Source: a virus
Virus record (IMG/VR): IMGVR_UViG_3300006735_000013
Coordinates: 95,579-159,578 of that record
DNA: 64,000 nt
Direction: 5' to 3' (one strand)
Positions 46,217 through 57,695 of this stretch are shown here, piece after piece; the first letter of the stretch is position 1, and every line of letters begins with the position of its first letter. The position numbers and the translations under genes are program-made. Below the pieces are notes generated by a model, which saw only the letters and a list, made by a program, of their open reading frames with translations, had not been told where the DNA came from and did no database searches.

Positions 46217-49200
46217 TTATTCTTCAGGGGTTGGCATGTCTCCAAATGGCTTAGGTTCCTCGTTGCTGTTGGGGCACTCTGGGGCATTTTGGATTTGCTC
46301 CTTTGAATATGGGGTCTCTCCGCAGCCGGAAAGCTCCCTCTGACGGATGTCTCCCGGCAATTCTTGGAAAGATAACGCCAAGGCTGTCAATGGGCTTAGC
46401 GGATGTCCATAGCGGCCGAAATTCCAAGGCTTTGCTTCTTCTGTTTCCCAGAGTGGTTCTTCGTCTTCCCTACAAGGTATATCAAAAACAAATGCGCCGT
46501 CAACAAGGGCAATGGGGCCCTTATACATATAACCTAAAAAGTGCTTCATTGTCCTCTTCATTGGTGTTGTGCTGGGGCCGTTGATCACGTCAAATAATTT
46601 ACCTATAGAATACGCCAGATCGCCGCCGAAAGCGGAAACAAGTGGTGCATATCTGCCCGTCTTGAGACCGTCTGGAATCTTGTCTAGTCCTGCGGTAAGC
46701 TGCTCCACCTCACCTTTATACTTCTTATTCCACTCTGGACTCCACTGCACTGCTGACCATTTCAACTTGTCAATATCGCAATTATCCCAGTGTAATTTCA
46801 TCTCTTTATAAGCAGGATCTACTGCAGAGGCCATGCCTCTAAACAATATCGCTGGAAACAGCAATATCATTTCCAGTAGCCTATCCCAGAAGTCCTCAAT
46901 AATCTCGCCAAAAAGATTAGGAAAGTCGAAGCACTTCATCTCCGCGGCGTTGGATGTTGCATTATTTGTTGCAAAATTATATAAATCAGATTGACTCAGC
47001 GAATCTAAAATCTGCAAGCGCTCTGATGAATTCATTCCTGTAGCGGCCATTAAAAATGCCAGTGCGCGTTTGGGAGATTGCATAACTGTTCTCATATCTC
47101 CATAGCCTGCGAGCATAGAGGTAACAAACGCAGTGGAAACTGCCTGATACCTTTTTATTGGATATATATAATTGAATACCTGTTTAGAATCATTATTGTT
47201 TATAAGCTCCTGGGTCATCCAGTTTTTCCTTCTATTGAAATCAAACTCAAAAGTATTCCAATTTATACAAGTAAAATCACTAGACCCAAATTCACTAAGA
47301 GTCTCATCATAACTTGATACTGGGGATGTTAGATACCTTGACTTTTCTTCATCTCCCAGAAACATCAAGAAGCTTCTATATTCTTCAGAAATTTTCTGTA
47401 TTGGGCCGGATTGATTAACAAAGTTTCTGTATTGCTGCTCCGTCAAATCACCATCACCATCTTGACCTAAATAGGAGTTTGCCACAAGTCTAGATACTTG
47501 CTTCACTTCACTTCTACGATAAAGGCCGCTGAGGGTTTGACCATCAAAGCCAGAGAGATCAAGTAAGGCTGATCTTATAAAATTTTCGGATATACCCGAA
47601 TGCCTAGTAAACGCCGCTCTATATTGATCAGCGTGCCTTGTTATTATGGATTCCTGGCGCTGGCCTGGTCGAAGATATGAAAGTTTTTGATGCTCTAGCA
47701 TTTCAGAATTTAGGTGAATCGCCGACATAACATTTCTATATACGTCTTCATAATATACCTCCTCTGTACCTTGTGATAAATTCACTCCCAACTGCCTTTG
47801 AGAGTAATTTGATAGAAAGCTGTTTCGATCTTGCTGTTCTAACACTAATTCGCTGAAAGTATAAAAGTCTAACTTTGAAAGAAACTTCGAAATATTACCG
47901 GAATCGATATCTTCAATATCTAAATCTGACCTCATTCTCTCAACTGTAGAGGCATCTGGTCTTAGTGAATTGTTGTATATAAAATCTATCCACTGCTCTA
48001 AACTATAAAGACCTTCGTCAGTGGTTGGGCGCTGCAAGGTTTTTGCAAAGTTTGGGCGGCCTGAAACTGCCAAAAGATACAATATCTCTGCAGAAGTATA
48101 TGCAGCTGAAGTCTCTAACACCATCTTCATGAAACTATGCAGATAATATAAGCGGTAGCTAGAGGACAAAAAGTGCTCATTTTGCATAGTATATTCGGAC
48201 TCTACGCAAAAAGATGTTGAGTATACTGACTTATAATAAAGCTTTGTGATTACATTATATACACTTTCAAATGCAGAGATCGCAAGATCTTTTGGTATAG
48301 CGCGAATCTGCTCTTGTGTCTGAGCATCTATGCTGCTTAATATAAAAGCGTCAGATATTGCATAAGGAGCTCTATCTTCGTCTCCCGGGGTGAGTGGGAT
48401 AGTTGATTGAACGAGTCTTCCAGCATTAAATTCAGACGCAAATTTTGTAAAATCAAACACCGAGAGCGGGTTACCGCGGTCGAGTGATGTATTACTTACA
48501 GTTACATAAGATACTAAACTTGAAATAAACAGACTAAGGTCTTCTAAAGATATACGGCCGTCATTTATATATAAAGATGATCCCGCCTCTTTTGTGAAAA
48601 AAGTTTCCATCTTGTTGTAGTTGACATTATTGTAGCCCGGGCCGTCAATCTGAATTCCTACCGGGCGATCAGTTGTTATGAAGTCAGGATCATATTGATC
48701 TCCCAAGATGTGTAAATATTTTACTACTCCCCTGTAGTCGTCATCTCTAGCTACATCATCGCGTGGTATGGCAATATCTTCAACGTCCCTTTCACCTGGG
48801 AATATAGTGCAGAAACCAGGCTGCTTCCATGGTGATTCATAATAATAATAACTGGGTTCGAGTATTCCGTCACGGTCAATTTCTTCCTGAGTTTTACTTA
48901 CTCGGGTGCGGAAGCCATCTAGCTCATTGCCGCCAGGCCACTGGGCGTTGTCAGATACTCTCCAGTATAGTTCCGCCCTTTTTTGAGGCAGCGGATTCAT
49001 TGTCCAAATTGTATACGGTGTCAATTTTCTGTATTCTTGGCGGCGATGATGGCGGCCTCCGTTGCGGGCGATGTTTGAACCCCACTGAAACTTATCCGAA
49101 TAACTTAAGCATAATGGTATATTTTGCTGCCATGGAGATCGGTTATAGTCTGTCAAATTTGCTCTCATGTAGGAATTTGTTCCCAGTGGGCCGCCCAATA

Positions 49201-52200
49201 TATCACGAATTGCTGAGGCAGGCTGAACATCATTTCCAGTAGTATATTTCCTAGAAGTATGGCCCCATAAAGAATCTGATCTTCTACTGTTAGTATAATC
49301 CTCTATAACATTGCCCAAAGAAAAAGACATTTTGTGAAAGCCGGCAAAACTAAAAACATCAACGTCTTCATAAAAAAAGTGAAAAGATCTTAGATGGTTT
49401 CTCTTGATATACTTGCCATTTTCTTCGTAGCGCGTGAAATTTGCAACTGTTGGCACACGAGAATCAATTCCTGATGGATAGAATAAGACACCAGTACCAT
49501 CCATATTTTCTTGTGGTGTCCTATACTGTGATTTTGCCAACAGTTTGCCGCGGTCGGCGAAGAGTCTATCTAATTCGTCGTCACTATTGAAGGTCGGCGA
49601 GCTTGTTTCATTCTCGAATATTCTTGAATAAATTCGCTCGATTGAACAAAATTGATTGTTTATATCTGGATTTGCTGGATTTGCAACATAGATCTCTTCA
49701 TTAGCGCGATGATCTCTTATAAAGTCTGTTGTTAGATCTGGAAATTCTTCATATCCTGGATACTCTCTAATATTTTCAATTTTTAGTGCTAAGTTTCTTG
49801 CTTCGTCAAAGGGCATATTGTCGGCAAACCTTTGTGCGATATCTTCTGATACATCCCTGTGTGTTTGATCGACAAATGCTACATATTCAGACATGATCCC
49901 GTTTAAGGCAGCATTTAGCTTTTCAGTGTTTTCTTGCACCGCGTGAGCAAAGCCCAGGCCGTCGGCGTTGGGGGCGCGGTCGGGTGTCAGGATATCGTGT
50001 ATATTTCTTATGTATTCAGGCGGAACGATTCGGCAATAAGCTTCTTTTGGAGTGACACTACCCTCATCAAACACCTGAGTTAACAACACTCTAATCGGAA
50101 TTTTATAAAAATTAGCTGGTAGTAAGTTATCTTGTTCAACTGACAGACCTTCTTCTGTTCTTTCTGGAGTCTGGTGGAGCAAGATTTTAGATTTTTCTCT
50201 TGCTGCAGAAAAATCTATAGGCGCCACTGCAAGGTCTCGGCCGTAAAACTTAGATCTTGTTACATCTGTAGTATTTATTGTTGGCGCTGTCCAATAAGAA
50301 GTATTGCTGTAATTAGTCTGTCTATCTATTCCCATTGGGCGGGCCAGAAATGGTGCTGCACGGCCGTCGATGTCCCTGCTATAGAGAATCCTGCCGGTCT
50401 GTGTTAGTTTGACATCGCCAGTGCCATATTCTAGCCAGGCGTTGTTCCGCGTGGCAAAAGCCACGCCGTCATTGATAGGGGAGGCGGCCTCGCCATATAG
50501 ACGTTGAATTTGATTCATTGCTGAAGAGAAACTGCCCATCAATTCTTCTGATGGGGAAAAATTCATAACAGAAGGGTCTTGCGTTTCCCCTATAGAAAAT
50601 GATCCGTTCATCCCTATTATCAGAGAAGCTGTATCTGCAAAAGTAAATACCGTTTCTTTCCATACCTCTTCTGTGTATAATGGGCCCTCATCGTCAGAGT
50701 ATATTTGTTTTATACGATCGTATATTTGTTCTGTCCTTATTTTTCCAATTGGATTAGTATAAACTCTTTGTGGTGCAAAATTATCATTAGGATCTCTGAC
50801 ATGTTCTAAAGAATCACCGGGACCAGATTCATAATCCCCGTCTAAGTCACGGCCGAAAGTGTGACCCCTGAGTAGTGAGATATCGTGCACAGAACCTACA
50901 GATGCTCTAATAAGCGTATTTGCTGTACTGTCTTTAAACGTCTCTACGTTTACAGAATTATCAAACTTAGAACCTCTATACCTTCTGTAGTCATGGTTAT
51001 TATCTCTTGAAACCAGATCTATGAATCCGGGATTGGCCTCTAATAGCTCCATATCACCATCATTGATATCATTTACTAAATGAAGATATTCCTCGCCATT
51101 CGCTGGTAATATGTAATACTTAGTATCTCTTTGCGTACGCTCAACATATGGGAAAAAATCAACGAATGGCTGTGTTACATCGCGATTTCTCACTGCGTCT
51201 CCTTCGATATAGTCAGACGACACTAGGCCGTCGATGATCAAACCACCATCGGGAGAAGAGCTGACATCATAAGCATGTAGGCCGTTGTAATAATAGGCGT
51301 GTTCATCCCTGATTGTATCGATTGGTTCAGTTACGAAATCTTTTGTAAAGTTTATAATCCTTCTTTCTTTTCTTATGAATCTCGTGGGTGTCCTTCGAAT
51401 AGAATCTGGAAAGCTATTAGCTGCAGGATAGGGAGTGTATCTTCTATCATCAGTATCCCTACCTTCTTCGTATACCATGCAGCCTAGCAAGTGGCTGATG
51501 AGTTTTTCCATATCTCCGCCGCCTGTTATTGAACGAATTCCATCAATGAAGTCCCTTACATGGTATACTTCAAAAAGGGCCGAAACGTCGTCTGTGCTTT
51601 CCGCTGTTGTTCCGCTTGATGAACCCGGTAAATCGGCCTGAAACAGGTCATAGTCGTTGAGATCTGGAAATCTAAGGTTTGTAAATCTGGAAAAAGAATC
51701 CCTTAAATTCAACCTCTCTATATTCCTGTTTCTTCTTTCTACTCTTGTCAGATGCTCATCTGGTGAGTTAGCAATATCGGCGTCAATAAAATTGAGTATT
51801 ATTTCCCTACTTGGCAAAATTATTGATTCCATTCTGGCTAGGGGGCCCCTCACTTCTAGAAGGTGCTCAATATGAAAAAAGTTCTTTTTTCCCTCTAAGA
51901 ATTCATTATTAGCACGTTCGCTATAAAGTGGATGTTGCCAGTAAAAATCTTGCGGCACTTGATCTAAAACAATGTCTCTGTCTCGCACTCTGTTACCCTC
52001 AATGTCTACCACTTCGTTGGAGACTGGGTCTACTCTGTATCTTATTTCGTTTAGGTTACCCGGAGAAACTATGCGAGATACATTTGTTTGCGGAACAAAG
52101 TTCATTATAAACCAATTATAATAATCGACTCCTCTTTGATTATCGAAAATTCTCTTGCAAGAATCTTGTACCTGGTACACCTGTGTCATAACCAAGTTTC

Positions 52201-55200
52201 TCAATGCTGATTTTGATTGCTGTATGCCTGTCACTCTCTCTGCTATGTCTTTCCATTTCCCATCTAGTATTTGTGAGCTTTCTAATTCTTGAAAGATAAA
52301 CTCATATACAAAATCTTGAAAGAATGGCTCGTCGGCAATGGATTCTATGTCCCAAACAGAATATGCTATAGATCCCTTGAGCAACAATTCCACCAAACAT
52401 ACACGAACAAAACCAACAAGAGCAACATTTTGAATTGCTTTTTCGATTGGGCCCAAATCATCAATATCTAAGTTTTCTGGATTGTTTTCCGGTTTTGACA
52501 TCTCTTTTCTTATTTGGTCATTCAACTCATCTGTCACCATTTTTTCGAATGATAGAATACCAAATTGGGATACATTGTATTTATTCTTGTAGCAGCCCTC
52601 TTCTTGTGAAAAATATAACTCTCCGTTCACTCTTCTTTTTAGTTCTGGGTAGTAATTTTCTTCATCAAACATTCTAGAATTCTCTAGAGAAAAGAATATT
52701 TGCTCAAAAATACCTTCTGAAAACTGTAATGTTCCTTCCCTATAAAAATATCTTTTTATAAAGCTTTCTGGGTCTGAATTCCAGTTATTTATACCTAAGA
52801 GGTCTTCTCTTTCTCCGTCTTCTAAGTTTTCTAAATCTTGCCTTGTGTCATATATAGAATTTGCAGAATCTTTGATACTATTCCAAAACTTTCTGGTAAA
52901 AAGTTCTCGCCTAGTATAAGACCCTGGAGATATATCTGAGATCGCCTCTTCGTATATTTGTCTTTCTTCTTCTTGTTCCGGAGTTATACTCGATTCATCT
53001 AGGCCCGGGCCAGGAATTGTATCGCAATATTCGAAAGTTTTTGGGCCGCGGAAAAGAGGACTATCCTGTATTCTAATGGTATACGGGTCGAAGGCGCTAG
53101 TATTTGATTCTTCTGGACTCTTGAATTCCAGCATTTCGACATTCGATGAAATTGGTCCTAAATTAGCTGATAACTTTAGAGTTTGAGTCTCTCTCCCCGT
53201 GCTCGCCTCTTCTATCAGCTGCCTTGATGATCTTGTTCTTTCGATTTCGTTTTCATAAGATAGTGTCATTACTTGTCTTATGATATCTAAATAGCCATCG
53301 TAGTTTATTGTAGTGGATATACTTTCAAGATGTGTTTGCAATTCTCCCTGAAGTTCGCCCAACCTATCTGATATCAGTTCCAGTAGTATATTTTCGCGCG
53401 CGTTTGGAATATCACTTTGTTTTGCTATCTTATATCTGTACACAAATCTAAAGTCTTTTAGTGGTGAATTATCTCCGTCTATTTCTATGTTTCTGTTTCT
53501 TCTTGAATAGTCTTGTATATTGTTAGTATTGAATCTGTATGAGTCTTGACTGACGCCGATTGGCTTTAAGGCCAAGGCAAATATGTTTCCATAGCTGCCT
53601 CTATTATCGTATTCTATTTTCTCACCATTATTTGGATAGTCTTGTGGAATAGAGCCATTTGGCACAAAAGCAAATCCGGAGTATGCTTGCATGACTTTTA
53701 TTCCAGTATCTCTGTACTCAGCGGTCTCGTAGACTTGATACAATACATGAAGTTGTTCGGTTAGATTTCTTACATTGTTGTCCCTGTCAGCTAACATCGA
53801 AAATAATTTAAGATTTTCTGCAATGGTTTCCACAATTATTGACGCTTCTTCATTGTATTCTCTATCGGAAGGTATAGGTAACCTTGAGCTTTTCAAAAAC
53901 AATGCTGGCGAGTATGCTGTTAGAGAGCTGATATAGCCCTTTTTAGCTGTGTCAAAAATGTCTTTTGCAGAGTTTGACATCTGTTTCATCAAGACAGGCG
54001 GAAGGCCATTCATTATAGAATCTGGATTTGAAAAATTCACAATATCTGGCATTGCTGCAGACAAACCACCACGCATCAAAGCTTCGATGGCTGTGGCTTC
54101 AGACATCATGTTTTTGTTTGCCATGTCAAGAGCATGCTCTATTTCCTCATCTGTTGCGTTATTAGCTAACATCTGCCGTCTTATTTGGTCTAAATAACTT
54201 GATGTATCTTCGCAACTTGAAGAGCCAATAACTCTAGTTACTTGAGACAACTGCTGACACATTGACTCTGGAATATAAAAAGAGATTGTTTCAAAAAAAC
54301 TTCTTAGTGTTTCTTCTGCGTTTATTTCTCTTATTCCCGCTTTCTTTGCCAGTTTCAAAAGAAGGTTCATGGTTGGGTCATCTATGGGGCCGCCTTGCAG
54401 AATTCTGCACAATTCCTCACCTGTAAGTATTTTTCCCATATCATCTATGAATTCAGGTGCTTTTTCAATACTCTCTTCGCTTAGAAATAGATCAGTCAAA
54501 GCGTTCGTAAATGCCTTTTGCATTAATGGTGATGCGGCTGCAGCCTGGCCGAATAATTCGTCCCTTAAATGCTCTCCACAAATTGGAACTTTCAAAAATT
54601 GAAGCAACATCTTTACAAAAGAACATAATATTCTATTTAATATCTGTTCCCATTGGTCCATCAAGAAACCTATCAAACCCTTATACCACCCAAAAATAGA
54701 AAAATCCGGAGTGCCTGGTAATGAGAATTTTGGTATGTCGAATCTTACTGCTGGTATTTTTGTGCACTTTAGGTAGTCACACAATAATTTTCCTGGAGAA
54801 AAGTGATACACAAAGTCCATCAATAATTCTCTATAACTGGTGCACTCAGGGCCGAAGAGATCCAGGGCTTCATCTGTTCCAAAATCAGCTTCCAAGAACT
54901 GAGATGTGAAGTTTTCCGTTTGACCCTTCCACCAACCCTTTGCCGTATCGGTGGCGCCATTTACCGTTGCTTCATAATATCTATAGATAGGGTTGTGTTT
55001 TTCGGGCTCTATCGCCTTGATTTTTGGTGTATATTTTATTATAAATGCCAAACCTTTCTTACCGAACCCTAAGCCGCTAGCGCAAACAGAAAGACCATCC
55101 AAAGCCCAATCTGTCGCATGCGAAGCAGCACTACCGAGGGGCTTGCCTAAAGTGTCTTGAAAGCTTTCTAAAAATCTTTGATCTGAGCCTCTCATGGCTT

Positions 55201-57691
55201 CTGATTGTGCTAGGTATGCTAATGTTCTTGGCCTCTTGAGGGCGACACTATTTTCTAGAATACTCTTAGCTTTTTGACTTTTTATTAACTTTCCTGCCGC
55301 AATGATTTTGTTTATTGTCAATCCAGTGCCATTTTTATGTGCTTCAAAATTGATCTGTATAGAGTCTGCTCCCCCAAAAACACCTGTTATAGAAGTGCTG
55401 GCTTCTGTCGCCGAAGTGTCCCCAAAAAGGCCATTCGCGTAGTCGGCGCCTTTCGATTCTCCAAAATTATAATTCGGTATTTGCGCTACTATTACTTTTT
55501 TCAAATCCTCGACCGCGGTCTTCAAGTGGTCTACTTCTGCTTGACCAGCAAAGGCCGGCTTAAATCTAATTTTTGATGTATCACAATTTTCAGAAGCCTC
55601 TTTCAAGTTTCGGGCTGCAGCCAGAACATCTTCTTTGAAAAATTTAAAATCTTTGTTCACCTGCATCGATGAAAGACTTGGGTTTTCTATTCCAGTTGCA
55701 TCGTTTGCTGAGAAAGGAATGTTGTGACCACCTGAAGTACCAAACCTAGCTGCGCCTTCTGCAAGGGTTGCAAGGAACCCTTGTTGCCCTGTGTTGAACC
55801 TCAATTGGGTGTTACCTATGACTCCAAGCTCTACAGTTGCCTCTGATGCTTTTTGTTCGTTACTGTAATTTTCTATGGCCGCCTCTCGAAAAGATCTAAC
55901 AATTTCTCTTCTATTTCTTGAGGCTAAAGCCATATATTCATTATATCTATTTTCTAGTTCCGAATCTGACAGGGGGCCATTCTCGCAATCTGTCCCAAGC
56001 TCGCTGTCGAGGTTTGAGGTTTCATGACTAGAGTTTAGTGCACTTTCTGCTGGCGTGCCGGCCGGCTCCACTGATTCTTCGAATTCAACGCCCGGGCTTA
56101 TAAGGCGGAGTTTTTCTCTGTTAATAGTAAACCTCGCCCTATAAACATCACCTGGTCTGAGTGAAGGAGTGACGAATTCTACAAACTTAATAATTGGATC
56201 TGACTGCTGGTCTATCAGTTGATTTGAGGTGTTTTCCATATATTCTATGCGATTATAGATCTCCGCGGATCCTAGTGGGTCTAGGGGACCATAATCCTCA
56301 CCATAAACAGTGAGATCCAAATTGTTGTTTTCAGCAATTGTTTTAGTTGTCAATACAAATACGGATGATTCGCCATAAGTCTGATCATGGCTTGGACTAC
56401 GTGAAACTAGGTCTGTTTTATATGTCTGATTATATCTTTGATCGTTCGAATCTAAGAACCACAAATCCGGTTTATTATAGAATCTAAGTATATCCGTGAG
56501 GGCCCTGTCCTCGATTTCCCTAATGGCAGATATGTAATTATCGTCTGTCTGCTTAGGGGGCAAATTAACCGGACTTATTGTATAATCTGTTGGCATAAAG
56601 TAACCAATTCTCTTGGTGTCGACAACAAAAGGATCAGGATCGATGAATGGGTCAGGTTCGACAGATCTTCTAGAAAAGCTTGAAAAGTCTTGCTCTGACA
56701 ACATTGCTACGTCTGCTGGGCGGCCCTCCTGTTTTGGTATTGCGCGTAGGGCAGAATACAACAAGCTTTCTGATTCCTTGGACACCAATTGGTATTTTAC
56801 ACCAACAAACAAGGTAGGTTTAGTTTCGTATCCTGGTACCTCTTGTTTATTGGGAGATAATATATCTTCTATGTTTGATACTTGATTTTGATAATTTTTG
56901 TAATATTGGTCTCCAGGTATGGCTCTTCCGGTTGGAATATAAGCTAGAAGACTTCTCTTTGGCTCTAGAATCTCTTCTGAATCTTCTGGTTTTTGGATAA
57001 AATTTCCACTTAAAAAAGAGTCGTAGACGCCCAACAACACTAAATCGTATGCTCCATCTTGCTCTGCCGTGGCGCGACGATCATGGTAGTAAGTAGAGTT
57101 TCCTGCCTTTGTTCTGGGTTTCCAGCCGTGCAATACTGCTAGGGTTGCCTCGCCCAACATACCAAATTCTTTAGCCCAAAGACCTTGAAGTATTTCTGTC
57201 TGAGTTGATACAAAGCTATTATTAGTATAATCTGCCGCATATCCCCCTTCCACATTCGATATTGTTGGTGAGAAAAAACCGCCCCCTTCTAGTAGATATG
57301 GATCAGTAGTTCTGTTTAGCTTTTGAGCTAATCCATATTGCGGGTCGATTGGAGTCTGCAGTGATATTTTTGAAAATAGGTAACTTATTATATAAAATTG
57401 ATTATCTTGCTGATACTTGATCAAATACCTTTGCATGTTTCGGTCAAAAGTGGCAGCTTCCAGGTCCGAAATTTTTTCTGCAGATGTACAATCAAACCAG
57501 CCCGAGGGGGATTCAAGCGAGGGATTGTTATCACCTTCATGTATGAGTGTAGAATAATCTACGATTGCTCCAAGGGCTTTCTTGACGACAAGTATGTCTT
57601 TCCCTATTTGGCCAAGCTTTCTTGGCCCAAAATCTACCTGATTATCTTTTTCATTATCTATTAACTGGATCTTGTAAGTTCTAATCTTCAC
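46217..57691 (-). CDS. Giant hypothetical virion protein (3824 aa)
   Basis: Uninterrupted 11.5-kb ORF between gp5-like and gp25-like genes; possible degenerate peptidoglycan-binding N-terminus. Confidence 0.75.
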   Translation of the reverse strand: MKIRTYKIQLIDNEKDNQVDFGPRKLGQIGKDILVVKKALGAIVDYSTLIHEGDNNPSLESPSGWFDCTSAEKISDLEAATFDRNMQRYLIKYQQDNQFYIISYLFSKISLQTPIDPQYGLAQKLNRTTDPYLLEGGGFFSPTISNVEGGYAADYTNNSFVSTQTEILQGLWAKEFGMLGEATLAVLHGWKPRTKAGNSTYYHDRRATAEQDGAYDLVLLGVYDSFLSGNFIQKPEDSEEILEPKRSLLAYIPTGRAIPGDQYYKNYQNQVSNIEDILSPNKQEVPGYETKPTLFVGVKYQLVSKESESLLYSALRAIPKQEGRPADVAMLSEQDFSSFSRRSVEPDPFIDPDPFVVDTKRIGYFMPTDYTISPVNLPPKQTDDNYISAIREIEDRALTDILRFYNKPDLWFLDSNDQRYNQTYKTDLVSRSPSHDQTYGESSVFVLTTKTIAENNNLDLTVYGEDYGPLDPLGSAEIYNRIEYMENTSNQLIDQQSDPIIKFVEFVTPSLRPGDVYRARFTINREKLRLISPGVEFEESVEPAGTPAESALNSSHETSNLDSELGTDCENGPLSDSELENRYNEYMALASRNRREIVRSFREAAIENYSNEQKASEATVELGVIGNTQLRFNTGQQGFLATLAEGAARFGTSGGHNIPFSANDATGIENPSLSSMQVNKDFKFFKEDVLAAARNLKEASENCDTSKIRFKPAFAGQAEVDHLKTAVEDLKKVIVAQIPNYNFGESKGADYANGLFGDTSATEASTSITGVFGGADSIQINFEAHKNGTGLTINKIIAAGKLIKSQKAKSILENSVALKRPRTLAYLAQSEAMRGSDQRFLESFQDTLGKPLGSAASHATDWALDGLSVCASGLGFGKKGLAFIIKYTPKIKAIEPEKHNPIYRYYEATVNGATDTAKGWWKGQTENFTSQFLEADFGTDEALDLFGPECTSYRELLMDFVYHFSPGKLLCDYLKCTKIPAVRFDIPKFSLPGTPDFSIFGWYKGLIGFLMDQWEQILNRILCSFVKMLLQFLKVPICGEHLRDELFGQAAAASPLMQKAFTNALTDLFLSEESIEKAPEFIDDMGKILTGEELCRILQGGPIDDPTMNLLLKLAKKAGIREINAEETLRSFFETISFYIPESMCQQLSQVTRVIGSSSCEDTSSYLDQIRRQMLANNATDEEIEHALDMANKNMMSEATAIEALMRGGLSAAMPDIVNFSNPDSIMNGLPPVLMKQMSNSAKDIFDTAKKGYISSLTAYSPALFLKSSRLPIPSDREYNEEASIIVETIAENLKLFSMLADRDNNVRNLTEQLHVLYQVYETAEYRDTGIKVMQAYSGFAFVPNGSIPQDYPNNGEKIEYDNRGSYGNIFALALKPIGVSQDSYRFNTNNIQDYSRRNRNIEIDGDNSPLKDFRFVYRYKIAKQSDIPNARENILLELISDRLGELQGELQTHLESISTTINYDGYLDIIRQVMTLSYENEIERTRSSRQLIEEASTGRETQTLKLSANLGPISSNVEMLEFKSPEESNTSAFDPYTIRIQDSPLFRGPKTFEYCDTIPGPGLDESSITPEQEEERQIYEEAISDISPGSYTRRELFTRKFWNSIKDSANSIYDTRQDLENLEDGEREDLLGINNWNSDPESFIKRYFYREGTLQFSEGIFEQIFFSLENSRMFDEENYYPELKRRVNGELYFSQEEGCYKNKYNVSQFGILSFEKMVTDELNDQIRKEMSKPENNPENLDIDDLGPIEKAIQNVALVGFVRVCLVELLLKGSIAYSVWDIESIADEPFFQDFVYEFIFQELESSQILDGKWKDIAERVTGIQQSKSALRNLVMTQVYQVQDSCKRIFDNQRGVDYYNWFIMNFVPQTNVSRIVSPGNLNEIRYRVDPVSNEVVDIEGNRVRDRDIVLDQVPQDFYWQHPLYSERANNEFLEGKKNFFHIEHLLEVRGPLARMESIILPSREIILNFIDADIANSPDEHLTRVERRNRNIERLNLRDSFSRFTNLRFPDLNDYDLFQADLPGSSSGTTAESTDDVSALFEVYHVRDFIDGIRSITGGGDMEKLISHLLGCMVYEEGRDTDDRRYTPYPAANSFPDSIRRTPTRFIRKERRIINFTKDFVTEPIDTIRDEHAYYYNGLHAYDVSSSPDGGLIIDGLVSSDYIEGDAVRNRDVTQPFVDFFPYVERTQRDTKYYILPANGEEYLHLVNDINDGDMELLEANPGFIDLVSRDNNHDYRRYRGSKFDNSVNVETFKDSTANTLIRASVGSVHDISLLRGHTFGRDLDGDYESGPGDSLEHVRDPNDNFAPQRVYTNPIGKIRTEQIYDRIKQIYSDDEGPLYTEEVWKETVFTFADTASLIIGMNGSFSIGETQDPSVMNFSPSEELMGSFSSAMNQIQRLYGEAASPINDGVAFATRNNAWLEYGTGDVKLTQTGRILYSRDIDGRAAPFLARPMGIDRQTNYSNTSYWTAPTINTTDVTRSKFYGRDLAVAPIDFSAAREKSKILLHQTPERTEEGLSVEQDNLLPANFYKIPIRVLLTQVFDEGSVTPKEAYCRIVPPEYIRNIHDILTPDRAPNADGLGFAHAVQENTEKLNAALNGIMSEYVAFVDQTHRDVSEDIAQRFADNMPFDEARNLALKIENIREYPGYEEFPDLTTDFIRDHRANEEIYVANPANPDINNQFCSIERIYSRIFENETSSPTFNSDDELDRLFADRGKLLAKSQYRTPQENMDGTGVLFYPSGIDSRVPTVANFTRYEENGKYIKRNHLRSFHFFYEDVDVFSFAGFHKMSFSLGNVIEDYTNSRRSDSLWGHTSRKYTTGNDVQPASAIRDILGGPLGTNSYMRANLTDYNRSPWQQNIPLCLSYSDKFQWGSNIARNGGRHHRRQEYRKLTPYTIWTMNPLPQKRAELYWRVSDNAQWPGGNELDGFRTRVSKTQEEIDRDGILEPSYYYYESPWKQPGFCTIFPGERDVEDIAIPRDDVARDDDYRGVVKYLHILGDQYDPDFITTDRPVGIQIDGPGYNNVNYNKMETFFTKEAGSSLYINDGRISLEDLSLFISSLVSYVTVSNTSLDRGNPLSVFDFTKFASEFNAGRLVQSTIPLTPGDEDRAPYAISDAFILSSIDAQTQEQIRAIPKDLAISAFESVYNVITKLYYKSVYSTSFCVESEYTMQNEHFLSSSYRLYYLHSFMKMVLETSAAYTSAEILYLLAVSGRPNFAKTLQRPTTDEGLYSLEQWIDFIYNNSLRPDASTVERMRSDLDIEDIDSGNISKFLSKLDFYTFSELVLEQQDRNSFLSNYSQRQLGVNLSQGTEEVYYEDVYRNVMSAIHLNSEMLEHQKLSYLRPGQRQESIITRHADQYRAAFTRHSGISENFIRSALLDLSGFDGQTLSGLYRRSEVKQVSRLVANSYLGQDGDGDLTEQQYRNFVNQSGPIQKISEEYRSFLMFLGDEEKSRYLTSPVSSYDETLSEFGSSDFTCINWNTFEFDFNRRKNWMTQELINNNDSKQVFNYIYPIKRYQAVSTAFVTSMLAGYGDMRTVMQSPKRALAFLMAATGMNSSERLQILDSLSQSDLYNFATNNATSNAAEMKCFDFPNLFGEIIEDFWDRLLEMILLFPAILFRGMASAVDPAYKEMKLHWDNCDIDKLKWSAVQWSPEWNKKYKGEVEQLTAGLDKIPDGLKTGRYAPLVSAFGGDLAYSIGKLFDVINGPSTTPMKRTMKHFLGYMYKGPIALVDGAFVFDIPCREDEEPLWETEEAKPWNFGRYGHPLSPLTALALSFQELPGDIRQRELSGCGETPYSKEQIQNAPECPNSNEEPKPFGDMPTPEE

Positions 57692-57695
57692 TACT

